Positions 59,910 to 64,000 of a DNA stretch of 64,000 bases are shown here, piece by piece. Below the pieces are notes generated by a model. That model did no database searches, was not told the origin of the DNA, and was given only the letters and a program-made list of their open reading frames with translations. This stretch comes from Vulcanimicrobiota bacterium. Lineage in GTDB: Bacteria > Vulcanimicrobiota > Vulcanimicrobiia > Vulcanimicrobiales > Vulcanimicrobiaceae. Location: positions 1,248,001 through 1,312,000 of the forward strand of contig OY970223.1 of assembly GCA_963714015.1 (NCBI GenBank). Direction: 5' to 3'. The stretch's first letter is position 1; each line of letters starts with the position of its first letter. A program made the position numbers and the translations under genes.

Positions 59910-59939
59910 AAGATAGTGAAGTCCTATCTTCACTTTCAA
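59910..59939 (-). promoter_or_regulatory. sufB promoter with overlapping inverted repeats
   Basis: TTGAAA-N18-TATCTT on minus strand; AAGATAG-N7-CTATCTT and AGTGAAG-N6-CTTCACT. Confidence 0.5.
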
Positions 59940-59976
59940 ACCTTCCGGGTCTTCAAAAGTTTCCTCTCCGAATTAC

Positions 59977-60011
59977 TTTACAGGGGGGGTCTGAGGGGAT
60001 ATCATATCCCC
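59977..60011 (+). promoter_or_regulatory. Sigma70 promoter for speD overlapped by a palindrome
   Basis: TTTACA-N17-TATCAT; GGGGATAT-C-ATATCCCC covers the -10. Confidence 0.7.
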
Positions 60012-60268
60012 CGGTCTCTTTATTAAACGCTCTAGCCTTCCTCAGCGGCTGCGGCCGAACGGCCGAGCCGGTCCTGAAGGAGCCAAAGCGTGACGAAGCG
60101 GCCACGGGATATGGGAGGCGCGCCCTTACGCGCCATCGCGGCGAGACGCCCGCGCACCGAAAAAGCGCCGGCAAGAGTTCGCCGATAGGTCGGGGACGTG
60201 ACTGCACTGCAGGCGCCAGCCGACGTGGTCCGGAGGTGGGATTTCCCCCAAGTTCGAGGAGATAGAAA
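60012..60268 (+). promoter_or_regulatory. Long structured speD 5' leader with candidate uORFs
   Basis: About 255 nt between promoter and speD; nested hairpin 60027-60091; short ORFs 60022-60093, 60090-60188 and 60198-60272. Confidence 0.5.
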
Positions 60269-60682
60269 TTGAAGGCACTCGGTACGCACATTGTGTGCGA
60301 ACTCTCGGGGTGTGACCCGAAGGCCCTCACGGACGTCGATGCCGTCCACGCCATGATGATTCAGGCGGCCACTGCGGCCCGCGCGACCATCATGGAGAGC
60401 GCCTTTCACCGGTTCGAGCCACAAGGTGTATCTGGGACCGTCATCTTGGCGGAATCGCATCTGTCCATCCATACTTGGCCCGAGAAGGGCTACGCCGCGA
60501 TGGACTTCTACACGTGCGGCGACCACACGGACCCATGGCTTGCCTGCGAACATGCCGCGAACGTGCTGTCGGCCAAAAACGTGCTGACCACCGAATTCAA
60601 GCGCGGTATCGAGGCGAAAAACGGCACTTACACGCACGTGGTGACCGCGACCGAAGCCGCCGATCGTCCAAAAACAGCCTGA
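60269..60682 (+). CDS. speD: S-adenosylmethionine decarboxylase proenzyme
   Basis: LGTHI, FEPQGVSG, ILAESHLSIHTWPE (pyruvoyl Ser), DFYTCG; GAGGAG RBS. Confidence 0.95.
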   Translation: MKALGTHIVCELSGCDPKALTDVDAVHAMMIQAATAARATIMESAFHRFEPQGVSGTVILAESHLSIHTWPEKGYAAMDFYTCGDHTDPWLACEHAANVLSAKNVLTTEFKRGIEAKNGTYTHVVTATEAADRPKTA

Positions 60683-60705
60683 GCTTCTCTTCGAATAAAA
60701 CATCA

Positions 60706-60738
60706 AACAGCGCGTCAATCGACGCGCTGTTATTTTTT
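60706..60738 (+). terminator. Intrinsic terminator after speD
   Basis: AACAGCGCGTC-AATC-GACGCGCTGTT-ATTTTTT. Confidence 0.85.
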
Positions 60739-60785
60739 CGTTAACTCGGTCATAAACGTGAACAGTAAGAGACGATACAAGTCGT

Positions 60786-62568
60786 GTGAAGAATGCATTA
60801 TCCCGACTTGAAATCGTCTTCGTGCTTGGTTTCGCATTTTTGACGGCTTGCGGCGGCGGCGGTGCCGGCGGAAGCTCGGCTCAATCGGCCGGCGGAGGAC
60901 TTATGCCCGCCGCGCCGTCGACGCCCCAGCCCAATCAGAGTTGGCAAGGTCCGGTCGGCTACTTGCAGAGCGGCGGGCCGCTCATTAGTACCGGAGCGAT
61001 AACGCACGGTACTCGGCAAGCAATTGTGGCGGTGATGTCGGGCGATACCGCATCGGGAACGTCGTTCAGTCCCGACAATTTGACGGTCGACACGCAGGGC
61101 AGCAGCTCGCCCAGCAGCTTACGGCGATCCGCCGGGATGCGGGCCCGCCGGTCGTTGATCTCGCAAGTCGTGCCCGTTGAGGCGCACCCGGCGGACGATT
61201 CCGCGCTGCTGCAAAAGCTTCGCGGCATTGCGGCTCCCGGCGCTCGCGCACAATACTCGGAGCGGCGACGCGAGAGCGTCGTTCCCTCGAATCCCGCTGT
61301 TGGTTCGACTGCATCGATTTGGGTCGAAGACGGAGTCGGCACCAACTACAGCGTCCAAGTTCCGGCGACGCTCGTCGTGCAAACCGCTCATGGAAACATT
61401 TGGATGGACGACACGCTGCGCAATACGGCGGCGTGGAGCAATGCAGCTCAGATAGGAACCGACTTCGAAAACGGTTACGTCTCGGACACGGCGCACTTCG
61501 CTCATCCCGATTATCCGGATAGCGCGCCCGGGCTGCAGGCTCAATATCAATCATGCGATTCGAGCGGTCACGTCACCGGTACGGGCAGCGGGTACATCAC
61601 CGAGCCCATCGACCATCGAGTGGACGTCATGGTCGTGAACTCTGCAGACTTGGGGGGATACGGCGGATACTTTTCCGCCGCGAACCTGATGAATCAGAGC
61701 GCTCTAAACTGCCTTGGCGGATCGTATGAATCGAACGAAGCGCCGTTCATTTTCGTCGGATGGTTCCAGAGCCAGAGTTCGGACTACGAGCTTCGCGAAG
61801 ACATGGTTCGCGGGACCGCCCACGAGCTTCAGCATCTCATCAATTTCGTGAACCACGCGCTGCTCCCGGAAGGCTCCTCGAGCCCTTCGTTCAACGGTTC
61901 GGAGTCGCCGTTCATCAACGAGGGCCTTTCAATGCTCGCCCAGGACTTGGCGGTGCAAAAAATGTACGGCGCCCAAGGCGTCAACTTCGATGCCGACGAT
62001 GCGCTCGCGCGTGCCGATGCTTATTTGTCCAATCCGGGCAACTTTTCGATCAGCACGTTCGCGGGCGTCGATTCGACCGAGTGGGGCGGCGGCGGATCGC
62101 CGCGCTACAACTGCTTTGGCGGCTGTTACGGCGGCGCGTATCTCTTCGAGCGTTATCTGCACGATCGCTTCGGAGGCGATTCCTACACGCACGCGATCGA
62201 AACAAGCGGCTCCGTCGGTCCGCAGAACCTTCAGAACGTCACGGGAGAGAGCTCCAGCGACCTGCTCGACGACTTCGCGCTTGCGATGGCCGCGAACGCG
62301 CTGGGTGTGAACAGACTCCGGGCGCTTCGCGTTCGGAACGCTGGGCCTTTCGGGAACGTACGCCGATCAGTTCGGCGAGCAGAAGACGCTCGGCGGTCTC
62401 TACGCTGCGGCGATTTCTGCCGGCGGATCCGTGAACGTTCAGGCGCCGCTCGGAGGATTCACGTTCGTTTCAGTGGCGAGCGTTCCGGCCTCGGGCGTTC
62501 CGCTGACAGTAACCGATCACGCCTCCGTCGGCGGCTTTGCACTCACAGGGGGCCTCGCAGAACACTAG
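60786..62568 (+). CDS. Lipoprotein zinc metallopeptidase, M30-like (frameshift near 62312)
   Basis: Lipobox LTAC; GGYF, TAHELQHLINF (HExxH), INEGLS; natural-looking C-terminus ..GGLAEH* in shifted frame. Confidence 0.75.
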
Positions 62569-62730
62569 GGCCCGTTAATACATTATCGCATAGCCCGTAT
62601 ATCCGGCCCTTTTTCGCTCTCGCGGCGTTGCTGCGGCTGCCACAATGCTGCGGCATTGCGTCAGTCCTCGCGCCTTGCGAGAACAAAAAATGACCGCATA
62701 TCCGAACCATGGACAATGTGTTAACGGGCC
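62569..62730. mobile_element. Foldback MITE (ERIC-like) with CTAG target-site duplication
   Basis: Ends GGCCCGTTAATACATTATC / GACAATGTGTTAACGGGCC (17 of 19 match), imperfect arms about 55-60 bp, CTAG at 62565-62568 and 62731-62734. Confidence 0.8.
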
Positions 62731-62752
62731 CTAGCGCGAACCTGCCAGGCCC

Positions 62753-63640
62753 ATGCCCAAAACTCAGCACTGGCAGTGGTACGTCGAAGAGTTTTTTGCG
62801 ACGGAGCAGCATCATCACGCGATAGAGCGCGTGTATTTCGCGGGCAAGACGCCCTTTCAAAGCGTCGGAGTCATCGAGACACCCGTGCTTGGTAAGATGC
62901 TGATTCTCGACGGCGATACACAGAGTGCCCAGCACGACGAGAAAATCTATCACGAGTCGCTCGTCCATCCCGCGCTCGCGGCAGCGCGCGATCGATCTCA
63001 AGTGCTGATCTTGGGCGGCGGCGAAGGTGCGACGCTTCGCGAAGTCTTGCGGCATCCCGGCGTCAAGCGCGCCACCATGGTGGATATCGACGGCGAAGTC
63101 GTCGAACTTTCGAAGAAGTTTCTCCCGGAATGGTCCGCAGGAGCCTTTGACGATCCGCGTGCGCGCGTGATCGTGGGTGATGCGCTGCAATTCTTGGCGC
63201 GCGACCGCGAGATGTACGGAGCGATCATCTCCGATTTGACGGAGCCGCTCGCGGACTCGCCAAGCAATCCGCTCTTCTGCGACGCGGTGTTCAAGGACAT
63301 CAAAGGCCGCCTGGACGAGGGCGGCATCTACGTGCTGCAGGCGAGCACGGCCGGCTTTCACAACCTGACGCTCCACGCTAAAATGGCGCGCACGCTGCGC
63401 GCGTACTACAAGCACGTCGTTTCGTTTTACACGCACGTTCCGGCGTTCGACAACGACTGGGCGTTCATCGCGTGCAGCGATGCCGTAGACGTCGCCCAGC
63501 TCCAGGAAGACGCGATCGAGCGCTATTGCTCCGAGCTGCGCGGTGAGAATTTCTTCTACGACGGCATAACGCACCGCCGGCTTTTCGCGCTGCCGCTGTA
63601 CCTTCGGCGGGAACTTGCCAAAACGGGAGACACTTTTTGA
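62753..63640 (+). CDS. speE: Spermidine synthase (polyamine aminopropyltransferase)
   Basis: TPFQ, LILDG.TQ, YHESLVHP, VLILGGGEGATLRE, VDID, SDLTEP. Confidence 0.93.
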   Translation: MPKTQHWQWYVEEFFATEQHHHAIERVYFAGKTPFQSVGVIETPVLGKMLILDGDTQSAQHDEKIYHESLVHPALAAARDRSQVLILGGGEGATLREVLRHPGVKRATMVDIDGEVVELSKKFLPEWSAGAFDDPRARVIVGDALQFLARDREMYGAIISDLTEPLADSPSNPLFCDAVFKDIKGRLDEGGIYVLQASTAGFHNLTLHAKMARTLRAYYKHVVSFYTHVPAFDNDWAFIACSDAVDVAQLQEDAIERYCSELRGENFFYDGITHRRLFALPLYLRRELAKTGDTF

Positions 63641-64000
63641 AGCGCTACGCTGATAAGACGGTTCTCGTAACGGGCGGCGGTTCGGGTCTAGGCCGGGACA
63701 TGGCGATTGCGTTTGCCGCGGAAGGCGCCGAGGTTTGCGCGATCGGGCGCCGCGCCGAAGCGCTGGAAGAGACCGCTGCGATCGCTGCTTCGGCCGGGGG
63801 ACGCGTCTTCGGGTTGACGTGCGACGTGCGCGATCCGCAGCGCGTGCAAGAGATCCTCGCGGAGATTGTCCGGCGCACCGGACATCTGGACGTTCTGGTC
63901 AACAACGCCGCCGGCAACTTCGTCGCGCCGGCCGAACAGCTTTCGCCCAACGGTTTCAAAGCCGTCGTCGACATCGTCCTCAACGGGACGTTTCACTGCA
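63637..64000 (+). CDS. SDR oxidoreductase, 2,4-dienoyl-CoA reductase-like (partial, runs off window)
   Basis: VTGGGSGLG, CDVRD, LVNNAAGNF..LSPNGFKAVVDIVLNGTF. Confidence 0.88.
   Translation, partial: MKRYADKTVLVTGGGSGLGRDMAIAFAAEGAEVCAIGRRAEALEETAAIAASAGGRVFGLTCDVRDPQRVQEILAEIVRRTGHLDVLVNNAAGNFVAPAEQLSPNGFKAVVDIVLNGTFHC

Noticed and set aside
55286..60026. Long antisense ORFs (425, 334 and 350 aa), and similar ones across the window
   Set aside because: Typical stop-poor shadows of GC-rich genes, with no motifs
60012..60268. Match to a known riboswitch (SAM-I, ykkC/guanidine-I, glycine, TPP)
   Set aside because: Only fragmentary resemblance (CTAG..GGTCC..GGGATA, GAAGGAG); core consensus elements not found by eye; needs cmscan
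1..64000. CRISPR array, tRNA/rRNA, integrase, prophage or defence system
   Set aside because: No regularly spaced repeats, RNA-gene signatures or relevant protein motifs seen

Overview
GC-rich bacterial chromosomal window, mostly housekeeping genes interleaved with accessory blocks. It holds an ECF sigma/anti-sigma plus two-component module with two DUF4097-like genes, pyrK-D-F-E, argS, rlmH, dprA, nrdR, dut, hemQ, a PadR plus FtsX-like permease pair, comM, a ribose-type ABC importer, kup, a Ser/Thr kinase-APC-USP operon, trmD-rplS-lepB x3-rbgA-rnhB-yraN, rplU-prp, an ABC exporter/GT39 operon, penicillin acylase, sufB and a split speD...speE locus. The mix of Firmicutes-type genes (prp, rbgA, pyrK, hemQ) with high GC and many lipoproteins suggests Ca. 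Eremiobacterota/Vulcanimicrobiota (inference only). About 20 single-base indels, mostly +1 insertions, break otherwise intact genes and look like consensus errors. I saw no tRNA, rRNA, CRISPR array or transposase. Most interesting: (1) a ~255-nt structured speD leader with a chain of three short, closely coupled uORFs, a candidate polyamine-sensing control; (2) twin divergent SigW-type promoters that appear to give leaderless mRNAs; (3) a 162-bp ERIC-like foldback MITE with a CTAG duplication just before speE; (4) a 46-aa protein missed by the ORF track, with a strong RBS; (5) an HTH-TPR regulator next to a Cys-rich lipoprotein. All family calls come from motif recognition, not database searches.
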